Of a stretch of 64,000 nt of DNA, positions 13,455 to 26,000 are shown piece by piece. The stretch comes from Okamejei kenojei (taxonomy: Eukaryota), in the NCBI GenBank assembly GCA_035221665.1, contig CM069140.1, forward strand, positions 23,498,001 through 23,562,000. The letters run 5' to 3'. A program made the translations under genes and the position numbers. Positions within the stretch are counted from its first letter, which is position 1. Every line of letters begins with the position of its first letter. Under the pieces are notes generated by a model. The model was not told the origin of the DNA. It did no database searches and was given only the letters and a program-made list of their open reading frames with translations.

Positions 13455-14040
13455 CGGGCTTTGGTGCTCAATGCTATCCCAAATACACTTCCCATTTTGA
13501 CTGGTCATGAACCAGAGTGTGCAGTTTGGATCTCTTTACCTATAACAGGATATAACTACAATAAAGGGACACGATGAATGTTCATCTGATTGTTTCCAGG
13601 CTGGTGGGCTACAGTATGAGGCAAGATTAAGTCAACTAGGTTTATATCAAAGATCCTATAGCCGCTATAGGATCTTTGGTTTATATTCATTAGACCTTGG
13701 ATAGACTGTAAGATGATCCGATTGAAACTTGCAAAATGACTGGACAGACAAAACGTGCAGAGGATGTTTGCCCTGGCTGGGGGTGTCTGAAATGAGAGTT
13801 CATGGTTTCAGGTTAAACAGCAAGAATTTGGACAGCTGAGAAATGTGTTCACAGAAGGAGCTGTGAACCTGTGAAATGCATTGTCATGTAGGGCTGTAAA
13901 AGTCAAGTCATAATGTTATTAAGAAAAAATAATTCTAGATGCAAAAGGAATAGAGGGATAGGGCGAGTGTAGGAATATGATATTGAAGTACAATGAATGA
14001 TTGTTGGCTCAAATGGCCTATGCTTCTATTTTCCATTGTT
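13455..14040 (+). mobile_element. Old CR1 LINE 3' fragment
   Basis: degenerate match to the CR1 at 19422-20045. Confidence 0.65.
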
Positions 14041-14915
14041 CTGTGTAAGCAACTAATACTCCATACCCTTAATTTCAAAGTATGTCAGGAAATTAGAGGA
14101 TATAAATGGAAACAAATGAAAGATTATTTTAAAATATTTTACTACATTATAGTAAAGTAAATTTTGATTTTCATTCATTCTGATTTTTGACAGATTTTGT
14201 GGAGGAACAGAGTACTGGCTGCAAACTAATCATCTTTCATATTATAGTCTTACATTATAATAATTATGACGCTGCATAATTTACATTTAAAATCATACAA
14301 GCATTCCATTTGTCATGAAACAAGATTCCCATAAGAATCCAATATTCCCCACAGCCATCAGGCTATTTCCCCACAACCATCAGGCTATTAAACTTGGATC
14401 GGACAAAACTTTGAATATTAATAGCCCATTATCTGTTATTTGCACTTTATCAGTTTATTTATTCATGTGTGTATATATTTATATAATGGTATATGGACAC
14501 ACTGATCTGTTCTGTAGTCATACCTACTATGTTCTGTTACGCTGAAGCAAAGCAAGAATTTCATTGTCCTATCAGGGCAATATCAAAGATCATGACACAT
14601 GACAATAAACTCTTGAATCTTGAATATCAACATCTTTCTCAGATGAGTTGAATGGACTACAGTTTATATATACAATTATCTTTATGTCCACCCACCTAAA
14701 CCATCATGCATTAGAAACATTACAGTAGTATTCTTAAATCTTAAAGTAGAAATTTTAAGAAATATTTTTGCACCACTAGATGTTCTGTCAGGAAAGGAAA
14801 CGTACAACATAGATATGCATCATCTGATTTTAATTTCAGTTTTCTCCGTAAGCATCAGTCTAATCAACTAAAATTGTCTTGCTTCTTTGAACTGTGTGGA
14901 AAGAATATATATTCA

Positions 14916-15651
14916 TCTATATATTACTAAAACTCTTCTTTGTGATTCTGTCTGTCTGCGTGCGTGGCCTTGTGCTCCTGGAACTACATCAAAACGGTAC
15001 ATGATAGCGCTATAATATTTGGACCACCTTACTCACAATTGTCTTGTGTTTTTTTAATCAAGTTTCGTTCAGATTGATGTTATATTTTACAAGTTATTCA
15101 CATTTTTAACTTTACAAAATCATAGTTGAAGTTGCAGTGGCAGTTAGCAGCTATGACGTCACAATGGGATCTCATTTACATAAACTACCACTCAGCAGTG
15201 TTCCACTGGCAGTTAGCAGCGTATGATGTCATAACGGGATCTCATTTACATAAGCTGCCCATCAACAGTGCTCCACCCAGTGCAATGAGAGATTTGTTAT
15301 TGTTGTAAGGGGAGGGAATGGGGGAGGAGAAATGTTATTTAAACATTGTGTTTAGTGGGGGAGTGGGATAGGGAGGAAGGAGGGGAGAGAAGAGGGAGGG
15401 TGAAGAGGAGGGGGAGTGAGTGTTGGGGGATGAGGGGGAATGGAGGATAGGGATAGGAATAGGAAGAGGGATGGTGAGGCGCAGTTGGGAGGGTTGCCGT
15501 GACTCACGCCACAACGGGGATCTCTGGCGTCACACGGACAACCCGTAAGCCACGCCTGCGCATTTGGGGGCTATGGGTGAGTGGTGGAATATTGCGTTTG
15601 GGGACCAGCCCTCCCGTGTGACAGGGACCCAACGGGTCCCAATTGATCTAG
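14916..15651 (+). mobile_element. Non-autonomous Helitron
   Basis: A|TC...CTAG|T termini; 3' hairpin GGGACCC-AAC-GGGTCCC at 15624-15640 just before CTAG. Confidence 0.85.
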
Positions 15652-16399
15652 TATTATTTAAAAACTTGAGGACTTTGCCCACTAGCTCTGCATTTTAGAA
15701 TTAATTGCAGTATGCCATTTTCGGTGTTACGCAGTCAGTGGACAAGGCTCTGTATTACTCATTGCATCATTACTATTTTCTATCCTTCAACAATGAATGA
15801 ATATGAAAAGAAACATAATGTAAAATATTAAATTGACGGGCAGACCTTTCAATCCTAAAATCTCATTTGTTCAATGTTCAACATTCAAAAGGGAGAAACG
15901 GCAACAGATAAAAATCAACAGATGGGGCTGGAGACTATTCACAACAATTACCATCTCACTGGTGTCTCACTAGTAGAGCCTCTCAGCTCCGGCCACTCGG
16001 GTTCAATCCTCGAGACACAAAATATAACTCTAATTACTGAATCATGAGCAAAATATAAAGTGTGGAAGAACCCAACGAGTCAGGCAGCATCTTTGGAGGT
16101 AATGGACCCTTCTTCAGACTGATCTTCTTTAACCCTAACTGGAATTTGCACGTTCTCCTTGAGGTTCCTCTGGATTCTTCCTGGTTCGAAAGACATGTGA
16201 GTTGGTGCATATCTACGGTGGCCAATATAAATGCCCATTGAGTACTGTCCCTATTTTATAGGTGTGGTAGAATCTGCAAGAGGTCAATATGATTAGTGAT
16301 GGTTGATGCAGATGTTTCCGTGCTGCCCTTTTCTATAAACTCTTCCATAAAACCAACCGCCCTCTCATTTTTTAAATGTTTTAATTACACTGAAGATCT

Positions 16400-16800
16400 C
16401 GTGGGTCTGAGCTATAGGGGGAGGTTGAGCAGGCTGGGACTCTATTTCTTGGAGTGCAGGAGGATGAAGGGTGATCTTATAGAGGTGTATAAAATCATGA
16501 GAGGAATAGATTGGGTAGCTGCAGAGTCTCTTGCCCAGAGATGGGGAATCGTGGACCAGAGGACATAGGTTTAAGGTGAAGGGAAAAAGATTGATTAGGA
16601 ATCTGAGGGGTAACCTTTTCGCACAAAGGGTGGTGGGTGTATGGAACAAACTGCCATAGGACGTCGTTGAGGCTGGGACTATCCCATTAAGAAACAGTTA
16701 GACAGGTTTGGGGGGATATGGAGCAAACGCGGGCAGGTGGGACTGGTGTAGCTGGTTGGCCGGTTTGGGCAAGTGGGGCCGAATGGCTTGTTCACTCTAT
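16400..16800 (+). mobile_element. CR1 LINE 3' fragment
   Basis: GLSYRGRLSRLGLYFLECRRMKGDLIEVYKIMRG. Confidence 0.85.
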
Positions 16801-17061
16801 CAGCCCTGCCACCTCCTTGAGGCAACCTCGACTATTGGTTCACCCACTATTTCACTCCAGGTCCGGCTGCGGGTCCCGGTCCGTGTACACACCATCCACG
16901 ATGGACCCCTCGTCGTTCACTGATGTACATCCTGTGAAGATTTATATTGGTCTCGCAAAACATAAAACGGCCTTAACAGTTCGTTTTAAAAATAAAATTT
17001 AAAAAAAAAACACAAAAAGTTCATTGCCAGTCGGAATTGTAAATAAAAATAAAGTCAATTA

Positions 17062-17145
17062 GTGAAAAGGGGAGGCGGGCGTTCTGTGCAGCCGGCTCGT
17101 TGGGTCCTGGTGCGAGAAAGGGCGCCAAGCTCCGTTGCTAAGAAG
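17062..17145 (+). other. USP1: Probable non-coding exon 1 of USP1 (start approximate)
   Basis: CpG-rich segment ending in AAG|GTGAGA donor at 17146; E2F-like GGCGCCAA at 17121; the ATG exon has its own acceptor at 22874, so an upstream UTR exon is needed. Confidence 0.6.
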
Positions 17146-17195
17146 GTGAGAGAGAGCGAGCGCGAGCGGCGAGCGGCGAGCGGGCGGCAACGCGC

Positions 17196-17829
17196 CGGGG
17201 CTGTGGTGTGTGGGCCGGGGGCCGGGGGCTGTGGTGTGTGGGCCGGGGGCCGGGGGGCCGGGGGCTGTGGTGTGTGGGCCGGGGCCGGGGGCTGTGGGTG
17301 TGGGCCGGGGGCTGTGGTGTGTGGGCCGGGGGCCGGGGCTGTGGTGTGTGGGCCGGGGGGCCGGGGCTGTGGTGTGTGGGCCGGGGGCCGGGGCCGGGGG
17401 GGCTGGGGCCGGGGCTGTGGTGTGTGGGCCGGGGGCCGGGGCTGTGGGTGTGGGCCGGGGGCTGTGGTGTGTGGGCCGGGGGCCGGGGACCGGGGGCTGT
17501 GGTGTGTGGGCCGGGGGCTGTGGTGTGTGGGCCGGGGCTGTGGGCCGGGGGGTGTGGTGTGTGGGCCGGGGGCTGTGGTGTGTGGGCCGGGGGCCGGGGA
17601 CCGGGGGCTGTGGTGTGTGGGCTGTGGTGTGTGGGCCGGGGGGGGGGCTGGGGAACAGGGGCCGTGGTGTGTGGGCTGGGAGCCGGGGGGGGGGGGGGGG
17701 CCGGGGGCTGTGGCGTGTGGGCCGGGGGGGGGCTGTGGTGTGTGGGGGGGGGGGGGGGGTGGTGGGCCGGGGGGGGGGGGGGGCTGGTGGTCTGTGGACC
17801 GGGGGGGGGGGGGGGGGGGTGGTCTGTGG

Positions 17830-17891
<62 letters not shown>

Positions 17892-18030
17892 CTGGTGGTC
17901 TGTGAGCCGGGGAGTCTGTAGACTGGGGCCGGGGGGTCTGTGGGCTGGGGTCAGAGTCTGTAGACCATCGCTGGGGTCGGGACCAGGTCTGTAGACTGGG
18001 GGTCGGGGTCTGTAGACTGGCTCTGGGGTC
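17196..18030 (+). repeat. G-rich minisatellite (about GGGGCTGTGGTGTGTGGGCC units) plus 59-nt poly-G in USP1 intron 1
   Basis: directly visible tandem units; G run 17833-17891. Confidence 0.95.
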
Positions 18031-18814
18031 TCTGTACACTCTGCCACGGACCCTCGGGCTTCCAACAAGATGGGCGAGTGATGTACATACATGTCCACCG
18101 GTTTCTGGCCTAAAGGGAATGGGAGAACGAAACTAAGTGCGCGGGAGAGAAAGGGAAGGAATAGGAAGGCGGCGGGAATAAGATGGGGGTAACTAAATAT
18201 ATTTGTATCTTTAGGCCTTGTGTCATCCCAAAGCGTGTTAACGGACGATGAATTTCTTTTGAAGTCTTGTCACTGTAATAAGGAGCAGGGGGAAAAAATG
18301 AATGGGTGAAAGGAGGGAAAGTTTTTTAGCGAGAAGGAATTAAAATTAATCCCTCATTTATGATGTGAAATGAGAGAGCATGTCCCCTGTCACGGAGGGG
18401 TTCCGCTTTAAAGCCATCCATAAGTTGAGTTTTGTCCATAAATTGGAAAATACACAATCGCTCAATATGGTAACCATATCTCCACAGTATTGTAATGTAT
18501 GACATCAAAAGCAACAAGAAAAGACTTAAGAAAGAACAAGTAATAAAAGTGGAGGAGAGGGGAAACTAATTCTGCCATTCACAGGAACAAACGTATGTAC
18601 ATCCGACCTGTTTTTTCAATTTAATATTATGGGTGCGTGTATGGCTGTCCTTAAGTCAGGTGTTCGTAACCTGGCGATGGCCCGACTAGATTAAATACAT
18701 TTTAGTTTGCAAAGAGTGCATGGAAGCTTCACATTCAAACTGCAAGATATAAATGTTTTGGTTCATTTGATATGCTTAAGACTTACAGTGAGTGTGACGT
18801 TGAAGTATTCTTCA

Positions 18815-19420
18815 TCTGTAACTCAGCAGGTCAGGCAGCATCTCTGGATAATGTGGATGGGTGACATTTGGTTTGGGACCCGTCTTGGGACTGAAAGTAG
18901 AGGGGAGGGAACTGGAGGTAAGAAAAGGCCAGAACAAAGCAGGGGTGGCAATAGATGACCAATGAGACCATAATGGCCCATCGTTATCTGGGGAAGAGGT
19001 GATAAATAACGAAGGGATACAAGGAGGCAATCAGTGGAACTAGTAAAACGACTAGAGGGGGTGCGGAGGGAATGTAGGGGTTACTTGAAATTAGTGAAAT
19101 CAATGTTCATACCGATGCATTGTAAGCAGCACAACCCAGTGGTATGATAATTGATTTCTCTAATTTCAAGTAATCCCTTCCATTCCGCCCTTCCCCCCCC
19201 CCCCCCCCCCCTAATAGTTCCACTATTTGCCTCCTTTCCTTACATCCCTTGTTAACACCTTTTTCCCCAGCCAACAATAGGCTATTCTGGGTTCCACACT
19301 TCCTTGGACATCTGTTGCTGACCCTGCTTTGTTCTAGTCTTGTCTTACCTCCGGTTCCCAAGTCTGAATGAGGGTCCCGACCCAAAATGTTACCATTTCT
19401 CGCCAGAGATGCTGCCTGAC
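18815..19420. mobile_element. Inverted pair of Penelope 3' ends
   Basis: minus copy 18815-19135 and plus copy 19135-19420 of the tail seen at 31480-31840. Confidence 0.7.
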
Positions 19421-19421
19421 A

Positions 19422-20045
19422 AGATAACAAGAGGAGTTGAGTATAGGAGCAAATAGGTCATGCTGCAGTTGTACAGGGCCCGAGTGAGACCACACCTGGA
19501 GTATTGTGTGCAGTTTTGGTCCCCTAATTTTAGGAAGGACATTCTTGCTATTGAGGGAGTGCAGCGTAGGTTTACAAGGTTAATTCCCGGGAATGCGGGA
19601 CTGTCATATGCTGAGAGAATGGAGCGGCTGAGCTTGTATACTCTGGAATTTAGAAGGATGAGAGGGAATCTTATTGAAACGTATAAGATTATTAATGGTT
19701 TAGACATGCTAAAGGCAGGTAACATGTTCCCGATGTTGGGGGAGTCCAGAACCAGGGGCCATAGTTTAAGAATAAGGCATAAACCATTTCGAACGGAGAT
19801 GAGGAAACACTTTTTCACTATGAGAGTTGTGAGCCTGGAATTCGCTGCCTCAGAGGGTGGTTGAGGCCGGTTCTCTGGATACTTTCAAGAGCGAGCTAGA
19901 TAGGGCTCTTAAAGATAGTGGAGTCGGAGGATATGGGGAGAAGGCAGGAACGGGGGGTACTGATTGGGGATGATCAGCCATCATCACATTGAATGGTGGT
20001 GCTGGCTCGAAGGGCCGAATGGCCTACTCCTGCATCTATTGTCTG
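19422..20045 (+). mobile_element. CR1 LINE 3' end (RT C-terminus)
   Basis: ORF 19460..19864 LYRARVRPHLEYCVQFWSP...RRMRGNLIETYKI; CR1 3' UTR GGCCGAATGGCCTACTCCTGC. Confidence 0.92.
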
Positions 20046-22882
20046 ACCCACTGAATTACTCCAGCACTTCGTGAATAATTGTGTTCAGCTTGATTTGCCA
20101 TTACTGTGCCAAAAGATGACATCATCTAATAACTTGTTCAAAGGCGTTTGCAACTACAATCAGATATCACTATTGTCATATTTAGAATCTTCCAAGTAAT
20201 AACAAGCTCTTCCTGTTCCTGCTCAATGTGCTGCATTCTGTGGCTTTATCTTGAGAAAAGTGGTCATCTCCACATTTTATTATGACAACCATCATTGTTT
20301 TGACCTTTTTGTCTTGCTGTTTTACTATTTGCTGAATATCCATTCTGATGAGCCTCAAGGTATTCAGGCTACTTTACCAAGAAGATTAAAGTAATTCCCT
20401 GATCTTTGCAGCAGACTTCATCGGTGGCTCACTGGCCATTTTTATTTTGCAAGCTTTTTAAAATGGTTTGACACTGCATTTTCCCATTTACACTAAAACC
20501 TTCATTTGTGCTCTTATCCTCCCTCCCTCTTCTGTTCTTTGTTTGGGGCTTTCCCGTGACAATTTGTGCTGGCCTCTTGTTGATGTGCTGACCTATTTTA
20601 AGTATTGCGTCAGTTGTTGTACAGGTACAGTGTATTTGTTGGTATTTCTGTTGAGTGTTTCCTAATGTAAATATGAGGCACTACTACAAAATAGTATACC
20701 TCTAACTGAGTGTAGGCTCTAAATAATTTGGCATATATGGCACAGATATAGGGCATTTAGTCAATCCAATGCATGCGTTTCTGCTCCATTTGGGCTGTAT
20801 CCTTTGTTTCCTCATTCTATCAGCATAACTTTATATTACTTTTTTGTTGTTAAGCTTACCCAGCTTGCTTCAGCCTCTCTATGGTAGCCAATTCCACATT
20901 CTTGCAACTCTTCGGGCAAAGAAGATTCTTCTGAAGTCCCCATTAGATTTCATAGCATCTTTCTATTGTCAATGGCCTCTCTTTTATGCTCCTCATGAAT
21001 GGAAACATTGCTTTGTATCCACAACTTTCATCATTTCAAAGATCTCTATTAGATCAATGTCTTCTCAAGACAAAAGAAACATTATTCTTCATGATATGTA
21101 TATCCTTTCATTTCTGTTAGCAATGGTACACATATCAAAGAATAGCATTCCTTTTCTAAATAATTTCTGCGACCATCCATTGCAGCTTCATCCTATTTGT
21201 AAAGACGACAACACAAACTGCCCAGTTTTCCAAGTGTAGCTTACCATAGATTTAATGCAGATGTAGTGAACTTTGCACTTTTCAATCATGTCCTCCTGAA
21301 ATAAACCCTTTTTTTGGCATTTCTAACTGATCGTGAAACACATTTTTCGATTCTACAGACGTATTGATGTCCTTTTGAAATTTGTTGCATTTATGATCCA
21401 TACTATCACCATCCATCCCCTCCAACCCTCCCCAAATAAAATGCTAGATATCCATGGGTTTAGAAATATTATTATTGTTAAAATAATTAATATAAATTAT
21501 GAACTGCATTAGACACAGCACTGATATTTGTGCAACATTTCTATCCATTATCATGCATTGTGAATAGCTAACTCTAACTTCCACATTGTTTTTAGTTTGA
21601 AACCAACTAGCAATCATTTCTTCCATTTGAATCCTAACTTTGCATTCTCTGACCTTATTCATTCATTTATTATTGCGTTGTCTATTTCCCATTACCTCTT
21701 CAAATAATTCAAAAAGGTTCTTCTAACCAGACCTGTCCTTTTGCAATCTATTCTTACTAATCCATGCATTCATATATTATTTGGATGTATCTGGATGATT
21801 TTCTATTTTGCTTTAGTAAGAAATCCATTATTTTCCCCAGCACTGTTAAATTGACTGATCTATAATTCCCTGAAATATTCTATCCTTGTTCTTATTATTT
21901 TAGCTAGCTACCGATGATCATGTGGCATTAAAGCTTTTCTAATGTATTAATACATGTGCATGTAATGCCTCTTATTCCCTAAATTATAACGTTTGTAGAT
22001 GCAGTCATTCCCAACTGGTATATACGCCTTGCATTTTATCCATTTTTTGCTACATTAGATGCTCTAATGCTATTACCATCATACAACATTGTGTTCACCT
22101 GTCACATTGTCCCTTTGTGGAATATAAAATATATAATAAGCAAAATAGTAATAGCATATTATTGTTTTAGTTCGTATGATGTTTTAAACTTCTCAAAATC
22201 TAAACAATTTATACAGTGTAGTTAAACCAAGTCTTTAATCTGTTAAATTTTCATCTGTTAAAAGAGCTCATTCTAATACAATATTTCACCATGAAATACT
22301 TGAAATTGCATGATCATTTCTGACAAATCGTATCATTTAAGTAAATTTTTTTTTTCATACAGCCAGAAATGAAACTTTCTACTTTAAAGACTACAATGGC
22401 AAATAACTTATGCAGTTGTGAGCATTAGAAACCTGTGTAAATGCCAGTTGTCAATTATAAATACAACTGTCACAATGCCTAGTGATGTCACAAAGTAACA
22501 TCAACTGAATTTTCATAAAACAATAAATAATGATTTATTTTCAGTTGAAATTCTCCAAGCAAAATGGTCTTTTACTGTACTTCATACCTGTGATTATACC
22601 TGGCAATATTCTTGTACCTTTTTCCTATTATTTGTGATGGAATCTGCATATTTGGCATGGCAAGAGGTTGGAATCAGGATTCTCGTAAATTCAACAGATA
22701 TTGTTTGCCCATTGATAGTTTAATCTACTTGTGACATTGATTTCGCAAGGCACTGATGGAAGATTTATAACCAGTTTTAAATAGTATATAATACACTAAA
22801 TCTATATGCTAAATAATATGTTATGTTATTGCTCATATTTATTTTAATCCACAAACTTTGTTTCTGTTTTCTAGCGAAGAGG

Positions 22883-23046
22883 ATGCCTGGCCTTGTCCAG
22901 AATGAGTGTAATGGAAGGGGGAGTCCTACCAAAAGAAAACGTCTTTCCCTTAAGTTCTTTCAGAAAAAAGAAGCCAAACGAGCACTGGATTTTACTGAGA
23001 AGCAAGAAAATGAGCCCATTACTTTAGAGCCAAAAAGGCTTGATAA
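22883..23046 (+). CDS. USP1: USP1 coding exon 1 ([29 protein letters not shown]...)
   Basis: acceptor at 22874, ATG 22883, donor GTATGA 23047. Confidence 0.95.
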
Positions 23047-26000
23047 GTATGATGCCTAGTTTACTGCACCCAAAACATTTTCAGACTAAAATTTGTAGTA
23101 GTGATATATTAATGTTTTATTTTAATCAATTTTAAGGAAAATTTGATATACATTGAATAAAGGACAGAAGGCTACATCATAAATATGCCGTGATATGTTA
23201 GATACGCTGTAATAACAGAAAATCTTCCCAGAATTGTTTAAAGCTGTTTGCCCGGAAGCTTTGAAGCTGATACAATTATGTTTTTATAAAGATTAACAAT
23301 TACGTTGGTCTTGTTTTTCACATCCATGTGTTTTATTAACTACTTTTTCTTAATCTGTCTTGCTGCTTTCAAAGTACCATGCAAGTATGCCTCCAGATCT
23401 CCATGTTCTAATGTTTCAGAATTAATGTTTTAAAATTATTTCTTGTAGTTCATACTGCCACCTTTCTTCCTATCAACACTTCACATTTTCAAGCATTAAA
23501 TTTTGTCTGGCATGTGTCCCAAGTCACTAATAAAAACAGATGGTCCTAATAGCAAGTCACATGGGACTCCTATGTATTTCGCTCCAGGCAGAATTGCAGC
23601 CTTTTAGTTTAGTTCAGTTTAGAGATACAGTGGAAACAGTCCCTTCGGCCCACCGAGTCCGCACCGACCAGCGATCCCCGCTCATTAACACCACCCTACA
23701 CACACACAAGGGACAATTTTTTTACATTTACACCAAGCTAATTAACCTACAAACTTGTATGTCTTTGGAGTGTGGGAGGAAACCGAAGATCTCAAAGCGA
23801 ACCCAAGCAGGTCATGGGAAGAATGTACAAACTCGGTACTGACAGCACCCGTAGTTGAGATTGAACCCGGGTCTCTGGCGCAGTAAGGCAGTAGCTCTGC
23901 CGCCGTGTCGCCATGGGATTGTTTCCTGTAATGTACACATGTTCGTCGCTGAGGCCAATTTTATCTCTTGGTCTTTGATTGTGACAAGCCAATTAAGTTA
24001 CATATGCCTTTTGCAGTACATACATGTCATCTACATTTTCTTTATTGACCCTCTTCATGAAAAATCTCATCAAATTAGTTGGGCACCATTTGCTTTTAAC
24101 AGTTCAGCCCTGGCTTTTTTGACAGTTTCACAGTTGGATCCGCAAGTGCTAATTCTGTCTCTACTTTACCTATCACTGAGATTAAACTGATTGATCTATA
24201 GTTACTGGTTTATCCTTGAAGCCACATTTTCCAGCAATTTTCCAGTCCTTGGGCATCGCCTCTGCTTTTGGATTCCCTTTTCTGTTTGCTTCCAGGCTTT
24301 TCTCATCCAGTTTCGTTCCTATTTCATTTTTAACTTCTACTCCTAAACTTCCTATCATCCAAGTTCTCATGTATTAACCATCTGTCTTTTTTTTTAAAAC
24401 CCTGGCGTATTTAAGGCCTTGTCCCACTTTCCCGAGTTTTCCCCTTGATTCGAACTCGGGGAATGTCGGTAGCGAGTCTGCAGATGTTTCGTAGCGGCTC
24501 ATAGTGCTGGCCGTAGGAACTCGGGGCATCAGGTAAGTCGGGACGTTTTTTCAACATGTTGAAAAATGTCCACAAGTTTAAAAAAAATAGCCCTGAGTAC
24601 CTATGAATGGCTATTACCGTAATTCTCCGAGTTCTAATCAAGAGGAAAACTCGGGAGAGTTCGTGAGTAAATCGGGAAAATGGGATAAGGCCTTTACACT
24701 CTGATCAACCAGGAAAATAGAGAACTTTGCATTTGCCACACTGCCTAGTTTGACGTTATTTGCAATTTAGAAATGTTCTACACGCAAATGTTTAATTTTT
24801 CAAAATATATCCAATAAACAGCAGTCTGAGCACTGATTTGAGATCTCTACTGACTACAATCCTCCAATTATAGGAAAAACACCACAAAAATTAATTATGA
24901 CTCTTCGATTATAATGGCATTGTTATTTTTAATCAGTGATGTCGATAATGCTTTTATTCTATTACCCTCATCTGCTAACCAGCCTTTATCAGTTTCTGAA
25001 AATCCATATAGATGAAATATCCTTCAATCCCTTCTACTAGCAGTCGTGACACCCGCCCTAAGGCTCGTCAACCTGCCTGAATCCTCGTCGGAGCCTGCCT
25101 GAAAGCTCATCGGTTGGCGGGACCTGGAACTTGCCCGAAGGCTTGATGGTCGATGGGACCGGGATCCCACCCGAAGGCTACGCAGCCGGCAGGATCGGCG
25201 AAACCGGGAGTGAGCTGAAGAAATTGGACGAGAGGAGCATGGAGTAGGAGAGTGAACTGGGGTAATGTCTCCAGCGTCCCCGGGACACAAAGTTGGCCGG
25301 GCGAGGAGAGGATAGGGACAATGGTTCGCAGGAACTGCTCCAGTACATCAAGCTCGAGGGCTGACCGGACTTTGAATAATGGCGCCAAAAATGGCTGCTC
25401 CCACATGTGCAATATATATACAAAATGAATTTGACTGTGCAGTTGTATATGTAACAAATAAAACATATTGTAATATCCCATTACTTATCTGCTAGTTTAT
25501 TTACTCAAATATTTGTTCACACAGCAAAATTTGAAGGAATGTTTGTTTGATTTATATTCAAAGAATATTTGTTTTAAATATCCGCGTTTTTTAATGCTTC
25601 ACATTATTTTCATAATTTAAAAAATAGATTTATATTCATGAACAAAATAGAGCACATCACACTGACACTGGACAAGTGTGCAACACAAGGTCTCTGCATA
25701 AATTTGTCGTTAAATCTGGGAGAGTGCCAACAAAGATTGAACATTGCTTTTTGTAATTTTTAAAAAACTGTTCAATCAGATGAGGAAGGGTTTAGAAATT
25801 ACAGATTTTTGTTACTAAACTGGACATTCGGAAAGTATAATTTCTCTTGCTAAGATCTGTAAACAATTCACTTTTCAATAGTTTAGGTGTATGTTACCTG
25901 GCAATTAAGAAATAACTGGTTATATTTAAAAGCAACGTTACTCATTCTCAAAAACAGGTTACTCATTCTTGCATTTCCATTTTTTAAATTACATAAATGA

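Noticed and set aside
17055-18098. Long Pro-rich and Gly-rich ORFs (230-347 aa) on both strands
   Set aside because: They are translations of the G-rich minisatellite and poly-G, open in many frames; not a gene
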